Under the pieces are notes generated by a model. The model searched no databases. It was given only the letters and a program-made list of their open reading frames with translations, and was not told the DNA's origin. A DNA stretch of 64,000 nucleotides from an uncultured Gemmatimonadales bacterium (GTDB taxonomy: Bacteria; Gemmatimonadota; Gemmatimonadetes; Gemmatimonadales; GWC2-71-9): positions 1-64,000 of the forward strand of contig CAWJMT010000035.1 of NCBI GenBank assembly GCA_963844035.1, written 5' to 3'. How positions within the stretch are numbered: position 1 is the stretch's first letter; each line of letters starts with the position of its first letter. The translations under genes were made by a program, and so were the position numbers. Positions 1 to 9,674 of the stretch are shown in pieces.

Positions 1-566
1 GTTGACGGCGAACATCGCTTGGTGCACCATACAGTGTTCGATTGGGGTGGGACCTTCTCGCCAGCGTTTCCCCGTACCAGGTGCGCGAGCTGCAGCTTCG
101 GTTCTGAAGCGCCAGTCGCCGCGAGCTCTATGTGCCGGTTTCCATCGCAGTGACCGAAGTCACGAAGCAGCGGCTCGACAAGCGGTAAGGGGGATCCCAA
201 CGCACACGCGCACGGCAACTTCAGCGCCCTAGTGCGGTCGAACGGAAGAACATCGGCGCGACACATCTCGTCCGGGCGGGTCAGCTCCGACGTCGTTCTC
301 TTCGCTCGCCCGGCTACGTGTGTCGGCGAGCTTCGTCTATCAGGTTTGCGTCGTTCGGCTCACGCGTCACTGCTCCTGCGCGGCGGCGGAGGCGTTTGGC
401 ATGCAAACCGGATCGGTTTCTCCACGTACGCTCCGGACCCGCTCCGTCGTCACTCCCAGCGAACGGCGATAGATCGTTCGGCGACTCAGGTGACTTGTCT
501 CGGCCATGATTTAACCACCCTGTCCCGACGCGGTCGCGCGCGCACGCCGCGCCATCAAGCCCCCAC

Positions 567-1060
567 ATGTCCTCGACGACGGCTATTGTTTCATTCACTT
601 TTTCCTCGGTCTCGTCGGAGGGCGCCTGTTGTGGCATCGCCACCGACGCGGAGCACTTCGCATTTCTCCAGGTGCCGATGTTTTCGACCGTGGACGAAGC
701 CGCCGCGCACCGCACGCTGCGTTCTGTTCGGGTGACCGCGGAACACAGAGGTGCCTCTCCTGTGGCCGCGTCCGTTCACCCACTCGACCAGTGCCGGCTG
801 TCAACCACCCCCCTCCTGCGCATCTCCAAAAACAGACGAGCGTGCGCCGTGACATCGACGAGGCGTTGTCCGATGTGGCACCGGTACGAGCAGCACCGCA
901 CAGCCGGACACGACGGTGGCCCGGCTCTGACCGCCGTGCGGGGTGTAACTCGCTCGAGTGGCACCTGGATGCGACGCGACCAACGCTGGCACGCCTGGAA
1001 CCCGGAGAGGTCCTGGCCGAGTTCCGCCCGCCCCCTCGCGTGGAGCTGGCTCGACCATGA
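567..1060 (+). CDS. Probable HTTM-partner protein, frame broken by indels
   Basis: GIATDAEH..PMFS resembles the EHWPFSxYPMFS motif of small proteins found next to HTTM genes; no clean ORF. Confidence 0.25.
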
Positions 1061-1080
1061 CCGGCTCTGTGCTTCGCCGT

Positions 1081-2331
1081 ATGAGGATTCCTGGCTCGCG
1101 TACTGGTTCGAGCCGCGGCACCCGACTGATCCGGTGTCAGCCGCTGCTCTTCTTCGGTTTCCTGTTCATCGTCTATGTCCGCGAAGATTTCAGCGATGGG
1201 ATTGGTATCCGGGGTCTTCGGATGCCGATCTTGGGTCTTCGAACGGTTCGGTCTGCCGGCCCTTCAACACCGAAGGCCTTGCTGTGCTGCGGTTCTGGTG
1301 GAAGGTGGCACTCGCGATGAGCGCCGTCGGCTTGTGGACACGCCTGGGCATGGCGGCGTTTTCATGGTTGGTGCGTATCTTCTGGCGCTGCCGCACAACT
1401 TCGGTCACACCTACCGCTTCGACGCGCTGCTCGTGTTCGTGATGGGTGTGCTCGCCGTCTCTCGAGCGGGAGACGCGTGGTCGATCGATGCGCTCGTGGC
1501 CGCCTACCGCAGTCCCCACACGGATCGGCCAGTCACAAGCGGGGAATTCACCTGGCCGATTCGCGCGGTGTGGGTCCTGATGGCACTTGGTCTTCCTGGG
1601 CGCCGGCCTTTCGAAGCTGACGTCACGCCGGAATTGCGTGGGTGCTGTCCGACACGATGCGGACGACGCTCGTGAAGGCGCACTACAGTCTGTCGGACGC
1701 CGATCCGCTCGTCTCCTGGGGATTGGTCCTTGCCGGCTGGTGGTGGGCGCCTCGTGTGATCGCCGCCCTGTCCCTCACGACCGAGCTCTTCTTCCCGCTC
1801 GCACTGGTCAGCACCAGGGCGCGCGCCGTCCTCGTGCCCGCCGCAGCCGGCATGCTCATCTCCATCCGCATGCTCATGGGCCCGACGTTCGGCGGGTTCC
1901 TCATCGCGAATGTCTTCTGGGTTCCGTGGCGTGCAATCGGAGCCCGTGTGCGCGCGCGGCTCGCCCAGCGCGAGCCAATGGTGGTGCTCTTCGATGGCGG
2001 CTGCGAGACCTGCACGGCGACCGTGGCGATCCTCAGCCGGCTCGACCTGCTTGGACGCGTCAGCTTTCTGGACGCATCGCGGAACTGGAGCGCGATCCGG
2101 CAACGGTTCGGAATGCTGGATCGGCGCGCCAGTCTCGACGAGATGCATGCCGTGACGAACTCGGGCGAGACGCTCTGCGGGTTCGATCTGTACCGGAGGC
2201 TGGCTAGGGTCTTGCCGCTCGGGTGGATGCTTCTGCCGGTGTTGGGCATGCCCGGCGTGCCGCGTCTCGGCCAACACGTCTACGGAAGGTTCGCCACCCG
2301 CCGTCATCAGACCGCGTCCCCGATGCCGTAG
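1081..2331 (+). CDS. HTTM-like membrane domain fused to a DCC1-like thiol-disulfide oxidoreductase (frameshifted)
   Basis: Fragments across frames: LAYWFEP, SRAGDAWSID, WPIRAVWVL, GAGLSKL, then VLFDGGCETC (DxxCxxC) and VYGRFATRRH. Confidence 0.65.
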
Positions 2332-2403
2332 TTCACGGGCGGTTCGGCCTAGCTGGCCCGTGGCGCGACCGAACTCGAGCATCTGACCGACGGTCTCTTC
2401 CCC

Positions 2404-3237
2404 TCAGCGCTGGCGCTCTTCGATGATCGTGACCGGTGTGCGAAGCGTGAAGCTCAGGTGCGACTCAGCGCCGATAACGACCGGGTCACCGCGTGTCGCG
2501 AGCACGGCACCCGTGCCCGCGGCACCGCCCACGCCGGCGCCGATGGCGGCACCCTTGCCACCTCCGGCGATCGCGCCGATTGCCGCGCCGACTCCGGCAC
2601 CGACGCCGATCTTGGTGGCGTCCTTCTTCTTGGTCGTCTTGGCCTGATGCGTGAAGTGGGACGTGGCCAGCCGCACGGTGCGGCCGTCCGCGAGCGTCAC
2701 GGACTCCAGCGCAACGGTGATTGACGCCACGCCCTTCACCTTGTCGCCGGGGTCGGAGTCGATGATGACGCCTTCCACCCGCGCGCCTTTCTTGGCGATC
2801 ACCCAGTCGTCATCCACGATCGGCTGGGCCAGGGTCGCTGAAAACTTCTCGCCCGACTGGTTGGTCTTCGTCGATAGCGTCGATGTCGTGTAGACCGAGA
2901 TCGCGCGGCCGCCAGCGAGCGTGAATTCGCGCGGAGGCGGCGGCGGTGGTGGCGGAGGAGCAGGTGCGGGTTCCGGAGCGGGCGGCGTCGTCCTTGCAGC
3001 CGGGGTACCGGACGCGGTTGCCGACGAAGCGGGTGACCCCGAAGGGTTTGCTGCGCGTTGGCGCCGGCCCGCTCGGGGCCGCCGCCGCGCCTGGTGCCGC
3101 GCCTCCTCGGGCTGCAGCCGCCGGCGGTTGCGCGGTACTCTCGGTGCAGGCGACGAGCATCCAGCCGCCGTGCACGCGATCGCCACTGCCAGCAGTCCCA
3201 CACTCACGACCATTAATTGCGGGAAGTTGTGTTTCAC
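2404..3237 (-). CDS. Pro-rich lipoprotein with C-terminal glycine zipper
   Basis: Lipobox-like AAGC, Pro-rich linker, GVGAGVGAAIGAIAGGGKGAAIGAG; GTG start chosen 7 nt below TATAAT. Confidence 0.7.
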   Translation of the reverse strand: MKHNFPQLMVVSVGLLAVAIACTAAGCSSPAPRVPRNRRRLQPEEARHQARRRPRAGRRQRAANPSGSPASSATASGTPAARTTPPAPEPAPAPPPPPPPPPREFTLAGGRAISVYTTSTLSTKTNQSGEKFSATLAQPIVDDDWVIAKKGARVEGVIIDSDPGDKVKGVASITVALESVTLADGRTVRLATSHFTHQAKTTKKKDATKIGVGAGVGAAIGAIAGGGKGAAIGAGVGGAAGTGAVLATRGDPVVIGAESHLSFTLRTPVTIIEERQR

Positions 3238-3273
3238 ATCGCCCATTATAGGGCCCTTCCACGCGCTGAAGCT

Positions 3274-3828
3274 CTACCAGAAGACGCGCTGCAGCCCCGT
3301 CGGATTCTTCCTCCGCATCGTCAGGTAGATGATCAGCCCCGACACGGTGAGGAACGCGAGCGTCGTGCCCCAGAGCATCGCGAAGACCAGCCCACCGTCG
3401 CCGAACGCCTCGCCGCTGTGGACGCGGTTGATGAACGCCTTGTCGACGTAGGTGTCGGTTCGCAGCAGCGCGCCGCTGCGGGCGTCGACCACGAGTCGTC
3501 TATCTTCGCCGCCGCCGGGCTTTCCGAGAAAGACGTCAACCGTGGGCTGCGGGCCCTTGAACTGAATCTGGATCTTGTCGATCGGTACGCCCGGTGCTTC
3601 GCTCGCGGCGCGCGCCAGCGCCCGCTCGAGCGGCTGCTGCCACGTCGCAGCGGCCGAGTCGGTCCTGACCGGGCTGACGACGTTGCGCGTCGCTTCCCTT
3701 AGCGCTTCCTCCGCGCCGAAAAACTCCGTCATCGCTGTGATGACGCCGGTGACCGCTGCGAAGAGCAGGAAGAGGGTGGCGGGGAATGCGATCCACCGGT
3801 GCCATTTTCGCCAGAAGGCTGGGGTCAT
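3274..3828 (-). CDS. PepSY domain membrane protein
   Basis: WRKWHRWIA N-terminus, VDARSGALL PepSY motif, RVHSGE, C-terminal TM helix. Confidence 0.8.
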   Translation of the reverse strand: MTPAFWRKWHRWIAFPATLFLLFAAVTGVITAMTEFFGAEEALREATRNVVSPVRTDSAAATWQQPLERALARAASEAPGVPIDKIQIQFKGPQPTVDVFLGKPGGGEDRRLVVDARSGALLRTDTYVDKAFINRVHSGEAFGDGGLVFAMLWGTTLAFLTVSGLIIYLTMRRKNPTGLQRVFW

Positions 3829-3899
3829 TGTGTGTATCTGCTCGGGGAGTGTGGGGACATTGGGTCTAGATTCTACTTGCTGCCCATAAGATCAAAAGG

Positions 3900-3987
3900 C
3901 GGCTCGCTGCTCGCTGCTTGCTGTTGCCAACCCGAGCGTTCGGCTTGGAACCGCGAGCCGCGAGCCGCGACCGCCAACCGCGAGCCT
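3900..3987. repeat. Short tandem heptamer repeats in inverted arrangement
   Basis: ggctcgctgctcgctgcttgc facing cgcgagccgcgagccgcgaccgccaaccgcgagcc in the intergenic region. Confidence 0.5.
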
Positions 3988-3993
3988 CCCGTG

Positions 3994-5205
3994 TCATAAC
4001 CACCACATCCCGAAGGGCAGTGTCAGCAGCGTGACCGGCACGCCGACTTTGCAATACTGCCAGAAGGAAATCTCCACGCCCTGGCGCCGCGCGCCTTCGA
4101 GGACGATCAGGTTGGCGATCGATCCGACGAGCGTCAGGTTGCCGGCGAGTGTGCTCGACATGGCGAGCGTGAGCCACGACGTTGCCGGATCCGGCAGCTC
4201 CTGGACGAGTCGCGAGAGGAGCATGACGGCGGGTACGTTGCTGATGACATTCGAGACGATGGTCGTGACGGCGCTGAGGCCTGTCACCGTATGGAGTCCG
4301 ATCGGCGCCAGGAGATCAAAGAGTCGCCGGGCCAGGCCCACCTGTTCCACGCCGCCGATGACGACGAAGAGGCCGATGAACATGACGAGAAGATCCCAGT
4401 CGATCTGGCGGTAGATCTTCTGCGGGTTGACGCGCCGGGTGATAAGGAGCGCGGCGGCCGCGACGGCGGCGACAAGAGCCGGGTCCATCCCGAGAAGGAA
4501 CGCCGCGAGCACGAATGCCGTGACGAGCAGGCCCTTGATCGTCATCGCGCGGTGAATCGGGCGCGGCCGGGGACCGGCAGACTCGAGCGGGCCCGGCCGG
4601 AGGTCATCGCGGAACATCCACGTGAGGACCAGTGCGTCGAGCGCCAGTCCGAAGAGCGCAACCGGGCCGAGGGCCGAGAGGAACGGCGCGTAGCGGATGT
4701 GCGACAGGCTGGCGATGAGCATGTTCTGCGGATTGCCGGTGATCGTCGCGACGCTGCCGATGTTCGCGCCCGTGACCAGCGCGGGGAGGTAGGGCAGCGG
4801 CCGGTGTCCGCGCGCGCGGGCCAGTTCGATGAGTACGGGGGTAAAGACCAGGCAGATCGTGTCGTTGACGAAGAGGGCTGAGAGCATCCCGCTCACGAAG
4901 ACGACCGCGACGAGCAGCAGCGCCGGCTGGTGCACGCGGGCGCCGATCCATTGGACCGTGGCGCTGAAGAACCGCGCCATGCGCAGGTGCGCGATGAGCA
5001 CCATCATGCCGAAGAGCAGCACCAGCGTCCGGAAGTCGACGTGGTGGTACGCCTCGTCGAGCGTGATGACGCCGGTGGCGACCATCAGCGTCGCGCCGAC
5101 GATCGCGGCGCCCGGCCGGTCGATTCTCAGGTAGGGTGCGCGTCCGACGGCCAGGACGAGATAGGTGAAGAAGAGGATGGCGCCCGCGACGACCGGGAGG
5201 AGCAT
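3994..5205 (-). CDS. ArsB/NhaD-superfamily anion transporter
   Basis: RIDRPGAAIVG, LSALFVNDTICL, ANIGSVATITGNPQN, STLAGNLTLVGSIANLIV. Confidence 0.9.
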   Translation of the reverse strand: MLLPVVAGAILFFTYLVLAVGRAPYLRIDRPGAAIVGATLMVATGVITLDEAYHHVDFRTLVLLFGMMVLIAHLRMARFFSATVQWIGARVHQPALLLVAVVFVSGMLSALFVNDTICLVFTPVLIELARARGHRPLPYLPALVTGANIGSVATITGNPQNMLIASLSHIRYAPFLSALGPVALFGLALDALVLTWMFRDDLRPGPLESAGPRPRPIHRAMTIKGLLVTAFVLAAFLLGMDPALVAAVAAAALLITRRVNPQKIYRQIDWDLLVMFIGLFVVIGGVEQVGLARRLFDLLAPIGLHTVTGLSAVTTIVSNVISNVPAVMLLSRLVQELPDPATSWLTLAMSSTLAGNLTLVGSIANLIVLEGARRQGVEISFWQYCKVGVPVTLLTLPFGMWWL

Positions 5206-5384
5206 GCGGGGGGATCGTATATCGGCGACTGGGCCGGGTCGCGGCCGGTCCACCGAACGGACCGCGCCGGCCGTGGGTTTCCGGTCCCGGCGGTTGCGCG
5301 GGGTTTGGCCAATCCGCTAAACTTGGGGTTCTCTTGACGGTGGCCACGCCGTCCCTAGAAAACGAGCGGTTCTACGCTCTCTGT

Positions 5385-5459
5385 TCCTCGGTAGCTCAAC
5401 GGTAGAGCATCCGGCTGTTAACCGGAGGGTTGCTGGTTCGAATCCAGCCCGAGGAGCCA
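5385..5459 (+). tRNA. tRNA-Asn (GTT)
   Basis: Acceptor tcctcgg/ccgagga, D-arm tagctcaacggtagagc, anticodon arm ccggctGTTaaccgg, T-loop ggttcgaatcc, encoded CCA. Confidence 0.97.
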
Positions 5460-5569
5460 GCTCGCTAAAGCATGTAAAATCAACAACTTACGTGATGAGT
5501 ACGCAGACGAGTCGATAAGCTGTTGATCCTCAGTGACTTGCGGCGTCTGGGCCGCACTGGACGATTTCC

Positions 5570-5745
5570 GCAACTGGCTGCGATTGAACGAAGGTTCACG
5601 CCGTGAAAGCCGACGCCGCGAACCAACGCGGTGGCGACATCTTTCGCATGCTGGTCATCGCCGAGTATTGAGACTCGGTGGTTCGCGGAGCGTCTCCGCG
5701 AGTGGACGACGGCGGCGGGTGTGACGGGCCCAAAGGCGACCGCTC
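5570..5745 (-). pseudogene. Fragment of an NADPH-dependent F420 reductase-like oxidoreductase
   Basis: ILGDDQHAKDVATALVRGVGFHGVNLRSIAAS resembles the family C-terminus; N-terminal Rossmann fold absent. Confidence 0.45.
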
Positions 5746-5764
5746 GTTTTGCTCTTGCATCCAA

Positions 5765-5789
5765 TATGGATACTAATATAGTATCCATA
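5765..5789. promoter_or_regulatory. Palindromic operator upstream of Rrf2 gene
   Basis: Perfect 11-bp inverted repeat tatggatacta-ata-tagtatccata ending 1 nt before the ATG. Confidence 0.75.
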
Positions 5790-5790
5790 A

Positions 5791-6216
5791 ATGGCTTCCG
5801 TAAACACTCAATTTTCGATCGCCGTCCACGTACTGGCGGCAATCGCACATCACGAGGGAGTTTTCACGTCGGAAATTCTCGCAGGCAGCGTGAATGCGAA
5901 CCCGGTTTTCGTTAAGAGAATCCTCGTTAAACTCTCGAAGGCGAAGCTGGCTAAGACGACTGTTGGTAAGTCGGGTGGTTATGGCCTGGCACGAAGCCCA
6001 AAGAGTATTTCCCTCTTAGACATCTACTCTGCGGTAAACCCTCCAGATGCTTTTGCCATCCATGCCTATCCCAAAACGAAGGAGTGTGTCGTGAGCTGTA
6101 ACATCAAGGAAGTCATGAGCGACGTGCTGGTTGGCACTCAGGAGGCCGTCCGTAGGGATCTGAGGCAGACGACATTGGCGGACGTGGTGTCGAAAATCAG
6201 GGCCAGGTCCGGTTAG
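5791..6216 (+). CDS. Rrf2 family transcriptional regulator
   Basis: FSIAVHVL, TSEILAGSVNANPVFVKRIL, GKSGGYGLAR, ISLLDIY. Confidence 0.92.
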   Translation: MASVNTQFSIAVHVLAAIAHHEGVFTSEILAGSVNANPVFVKRILVKLSKAKLAKTTVGKSGGYGLARSPKSISLLDIYSAVNPPDAFAIHAYPKTKECVVSCNIKEVMSDVLVGTQEAVRRDLRQTTLADVVSKIRARSG

Positions 6217-6232
6217 CTTTTTTTGCTCACAA

Positions 6233-6253
6233 TAGATACTTTTATAGTAACTA
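6233..6253. promoter_or_regulatory. Second operator-like palindrome upstream of SDR gene
   Basis: tagatact-tttat-agtaacta, same GATACT-N5-AGTA core as 5765-5789. Confidence 0.6.
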
Positions 6254-6276
6254 ATATTCACCGAAAGGAACACGAG

Positions 6277-7128
6277 ATGACTAGACTGAATGGAAAGACC
6301 CCTGTGATCACCGGCGGAGCCGCAGCAAAGCGGGGCATGGATGCGCCCACCGCCGTTCTCATCGGGGTGACCGGAGGACTTGGTCACGCCCTGGCCAGGC
6401 TCCTCGCGGCCGAGGGCTTCCGGATGGTGCTCGCGGCGCGGCGCGAGTACGACGCCGCGGCGCTGACCGGCCGGAGCGACGGTTCGGCGATTTACCTGCG
6501 CGCGGACGTCACCGATCCGGCGAGCCTCGAGAAGCTGGCGGCGGCGGCCTTCGAGCACCTCGGCCGGATCGATGCGGTGGTGAACCTCGCGGGCATCTCG
6601 CCGCGCAAGTCCATCGAGGACTACACGCCGGCCGACGTCGACGCGCTGCTCGCGGTCAACGTGAAGGGGCCCATCTTCGTGACCCAGGCATTCCTGCCGG
6701 GGCTGCGCAAGCAAGCCGGCGGCGGAGTGGTCGTCCACCTCGGCGGCGCCATGGACGGCCGGGTGGCGCTGCCGTTCATGAGCGCCTACGCGGCGACCCG
6801 CGGCGCGCTGGCGAGCTACGTGCAAGGCGCCAATCGCGAGCTTGCCGGGACCGACGTGGTGCTTTCTTTCTTCGGGCCTGTGCCCTCCAACACCGAGTCG
6901 GAGTCCCCATATTTCGACATGTGGCGCAAGATGGGCGTCGCCCTCTGCGAGCCCGACGTGGTCGCGCGCGAGATCCTCGCCACCATCCGCCAGCGACGTC
7001 GCGCCCACATCATGGGCGGAGGGCTGCTCAGGATGCTCACGCTCGCGAACGCCGTGTCGCCGTCCGCTGCCGACGCGATCGGTCTGCGGCGGTTCGCGAA
7101 GCTCATCCAGCAGCATCGTCCACGCTGA
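6277..7128 (+). CDS. SDR family oxidoreductase (apparently chimeric 5' end)
   Basis: GVTGGLG, VVNLAGI, YAATR; second ATG at 6337. Confidence 0.85.
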   Translation: MTRLNGKTPVITGGAAAKRGMDAPTAVLIGVTGGLGHALARLLAAEGFRMVLAARREYDAAALTGRSDGSAIYLRADVTDPASLEKLAAAAFEHLGRIDAVVNLAGISPRKSIEDYTPADVDALLAVNVKGPIFVTQAFLPGLRKQAGGGVVVHLGGAMDGRVALPFMSAYAATRGALASYVQGANRELAGTDVVLSFFGPVPSNTESESPYFDMWRKMGVALCEPDVVAREILATIRQRRRAHIMGGGLLRMLTLANAVSPSAADAIGLRRFAKLIQQHRPR

Positions 7129-7177
7129 TCTCCGCGCGAGGAAACCCGTCAGTGACGAGAGGCATCGAAGCGAAGAG

Positions 7178-8167
7178 ATGAGCGATCATTTCGACAACGG
7201 GCGGTTCTTCAACCCGAACGGCGCAGACGCACAGCCGTTCTGGAAGGCGCCGCGCATGCTGTTCGAGCGTTACGCCCCATGGCCTGCGCAGGTGCCAGTC
7301 GTGCAACGGCCCTCGCCTCCGCCGACCAGCGGCGACGAGATCGTCGTCACCTTCATCGGTCACGCGACCTTTCTGATTCAGACGAGCGCCGGCAACATCA
7401 TCACCGACCCGGTCTTCGCGCAACGCGCCGGACCGTTCGGGTGGGCAGGGCCACGGCGCGTGCGTCAGCCGGGCGTTCGCTTCGACGATCTGCCTCCGAT
7501 TGCTTACGTACTCCTGAGTCACAATCACTACGACCACTGCGATCTGGAAACACTGCGGGCGTTGCAGCACCGCGATCATCCGCGCATCGTGACACTGCAG
7601 GGAAACGCGACGCTGCTGCGATCGGCCGGCGTGACTCGGATCGCCGAACTCGACTGGTGGCAGCGCATGCCAGCTGAAATGTCAGCCATGCGGGGTGCGC
7701 AGACGCTCGACCCGGCCGTCACCCCTGGACGCGAGATAGAGATCACCGCGACCCAGGCGCAGCACTTTTCCGCCCGCACGCCCTTCGATCGCAATCGCGC
7801 GTTATGGGGCGGCTTCATGATCACGATCGACGAGCAGCAGATCTACTTCGCAGGCGACAGCGGGTACGGTCCCCATTTCCTGGAGGTCGGCCGGCGTTTT
7901 CCGCGCATCGATCTTGCGCTGATACCGATCGGCGCATATGAACCGCGGTGGTTCATGAAGGACATTCACATGAATCCTGAGGAGGCTGTGCAGGCGCATA
8001 TGGACGTCGGAGCTCGCCGCAGCATCGGCATGCACTTCGGCACGTTTCGGCTGACGACCGAAGGACCGAATGAGCCGGTGGCCGCGCTCGGCCGCGCGCG
8101 GTCCGCTGCCGGAATCGACGATGCCGCCTTCACGACGCTCGACGTCGGTGAATCCGCGCGGCTCTGA
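7178..8167 (+). CDS. MBL-fold metallohydrolase (NAPE-PLD/RomA-like)
   Basis: IGHATFLI, LSHNHYDHCD, FAGDSGY, PIGAYEPRWFM, MHFGTF. Confidence 0.92.
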   Translation: MSDHFDNGRFFNPNGADAQPFWKAPRMLFERYAPWPAQVPVVQRPSPPPTSGDEIVVTFIGHATFLIQTSAGNIITDPVFAQRAGPFGWAGPRRVRQPGVRFDDLPPIAYVLLSHNHYDHCDLETLRALQHRDHPRIVTLQGNATLLRSAGVTRIAELDWWQRMPAEMSAMRGAQTLDPAVTPGREIEITATQAQHFSARTPFDRNRALWGGFMITIDEQQIYFAGDSGYGPHFLEVGRRFPRIDLALIPIGAYEPRWFMKDIHMNPEEAVQAHMDVGARRSIGMHFGTFRLTTEGPNEPVAALGRARSAAGIDDAAFTTLDVGESARL

Positions 8168-8300
8168 GCGGCTGACGGCGGCCGATCAAGATCCAAAATC
8201 TGCGGATCGGTTCGAAACGGCAAACTAGTTGAACGGATGCTCGGTCGACATCTGGTCCCCCTCGGCGCCCCCGAGTCACACCACGGAGGGCCCGCGAGCG

Positions 8301-8444
8301 ACCTAACAAGCGCTTGAAGCTGTCGAGCGCGAGAGTGGAAGTCATTGCAGTCGTGCCCGCCGCGTTTGATTGGACGGGACACCACCCCACCCTCCTTGCG
8401 CCGCAGCAGCCTGCGCTCGCAGCTTAAGCGCAACTCCGTTAGGC
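8301..8444 (+). repeat. attC site (complete)
   Basis: R'' acctaac, L'' gcttgaagctg, L' cagcttaagc, R' gttaggc. Confidence 0.9.
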
Positions 8445-8467
8445 GGCAACACAAGCCACTCGGTCCT

Positions 8468-8986
8468 ATGCTTCCGTATCGCAGGATGGTTTTCACTCTG
8501 CTGACAGCGGCGTCACTTACCGAGTGCCGCGAAGGCTTTGGGCCGATTCCGGACGCGCCTCCTCTGCAAGGGCCGCCCTTTCTCACGGCCGAAGTCAATG
8601 GTCAGCTGTGGGAACCAGGCACAGCACCGGGGCAGCTAGCCCTGTTCTTTGGGACTCATCGAATTGCGATTACCGCCGATCGTCCTCTGGCCGAGGCATC
8701 GAACGTCGAGCGACTGGAACTGGAGCTCGAGACCGTCGTCCCGCCGCAGCCGGGCTCCTACGTCCTGGATGCGGGGCCCAATGCGTTCGCAACCATGACC
8801 CTGTCCACCTACGGCCAGATGACTGCAATGTTCACAACTACCGCCCAGCACACCGGGACATTGGTCATCGCCGAAGTATCCTCGCTCGACAAATTGGTCA
8901 CGGGGGCCTTCCGGTTCGAGGCTATCAGTTTTGATGGTCGAACGGTTCGCCAGGTGCGCGGCGCATTCCGGCTCCGGTTTCCTTGA
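8468..8986 (+). CDS. Cassette-encoded hypothetical secreted/lipoprotein
   Basis: Single ORF between two attC sites; signal-like N-terminus, beta-rich (LTAEVNGQLW, VTGAFRFEA). Confidence 0.7.
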   Translation: MLPYRRMVFTLLTAASLTECREGFGPIPDAPPLQGPPFLTAEVNGQLWEPGTAPGQLALFFGTHRIAITADRPLAEASNVERLELELETVVPPQPGSYVLDAGPNAFATMTLSTYGQMTAMFTTTAQHTGTLVIAEVSSLDKLVTGAFRFEAISFDGRTVRQVRGAFRLRFP

Positions 8987-9005
8987 TGTTGACAGAACGG
9001 TTGCC

Positions 9006-9147
9006 GCCTAACAAGCGCGTGAAGCTGGCGGCGCGGCTTTTGGAGGTAGAATTGCGTTTGTGCGCCCGTCTGCATCTCTGTGGAGCGCTTGATCACCGGG
9101 GCGCCCGGCTGGACGGGGCGCCGCAGCTTACGCGCATTCCGTTAGGC
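9006..9147 (+). repeat. attC site (complete, main family)
   Basis: gcctaac-aagc-gcgtgaagctg ... cagcttacgc-gcattcc-gttaggc; extra G in L''. Confidence 0.93.
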
Positions 9148-9513
9148 GGCCGCTAAGACTCCGTAACCATCGACATCGAGGCACACGCCTCGATCGGCTG
9201 CTCTTCGTCGGCGCTCGTCGGCGCTCGATCGTCGGCGACTGGGCGCTTCGTCTACTGGCAATCTCGACGCATCAGGCTTCGGGGCCGGTGCTGCAGGATC
9301 GCGCTGCGGCTCGTCACTCTGATTGACTGCGGCGCTCACCGCTCGGAGCCGAAGACGCTGCCGTGTCGTCGCGGTGCTCCTCGGAGCGGTGACGGCTGGT
9401 CGCTGAGTTCCAGTGCTCTCGCTGGTCGGCTGGCACTGCGCTTGGCATACACGTCGCCGACTGGTGGCTGCGACATCGCGGACTGGATCGACCTTGCCGT
9501 CTGTGCAGCCGCC

Positions 9514-9654
9514 GTCTAACAAGCGCGTGAAGCTGCCGGCGCGGTCGCCGCGAGGTAGAATTGCGTTTGTGCGCCCGTGTTCATCTGTGTGGAGCTCGAT
9601 CACCGGGGCGCCCGGCGGGGCGGGGCGCCGCAGCTTACGCGCATTCCGTTAGGC
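9514..9654 (+). repeat. attC site (complete, main family)
   Basis: gtctaac ... gttaggc, near-identical to 9006-9147. Confidence 0.93.
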
Positions 9655-9674
9655 AGCACAGGCCGGAGGTCCAT

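Noticed and set aside
1..5380. Left end as DNA from a different phylum (chimeric contig)
   Set aside because: Some genes look Acidobacteria-like and error density is high, but this cannot be supported without database searches or coverage data.
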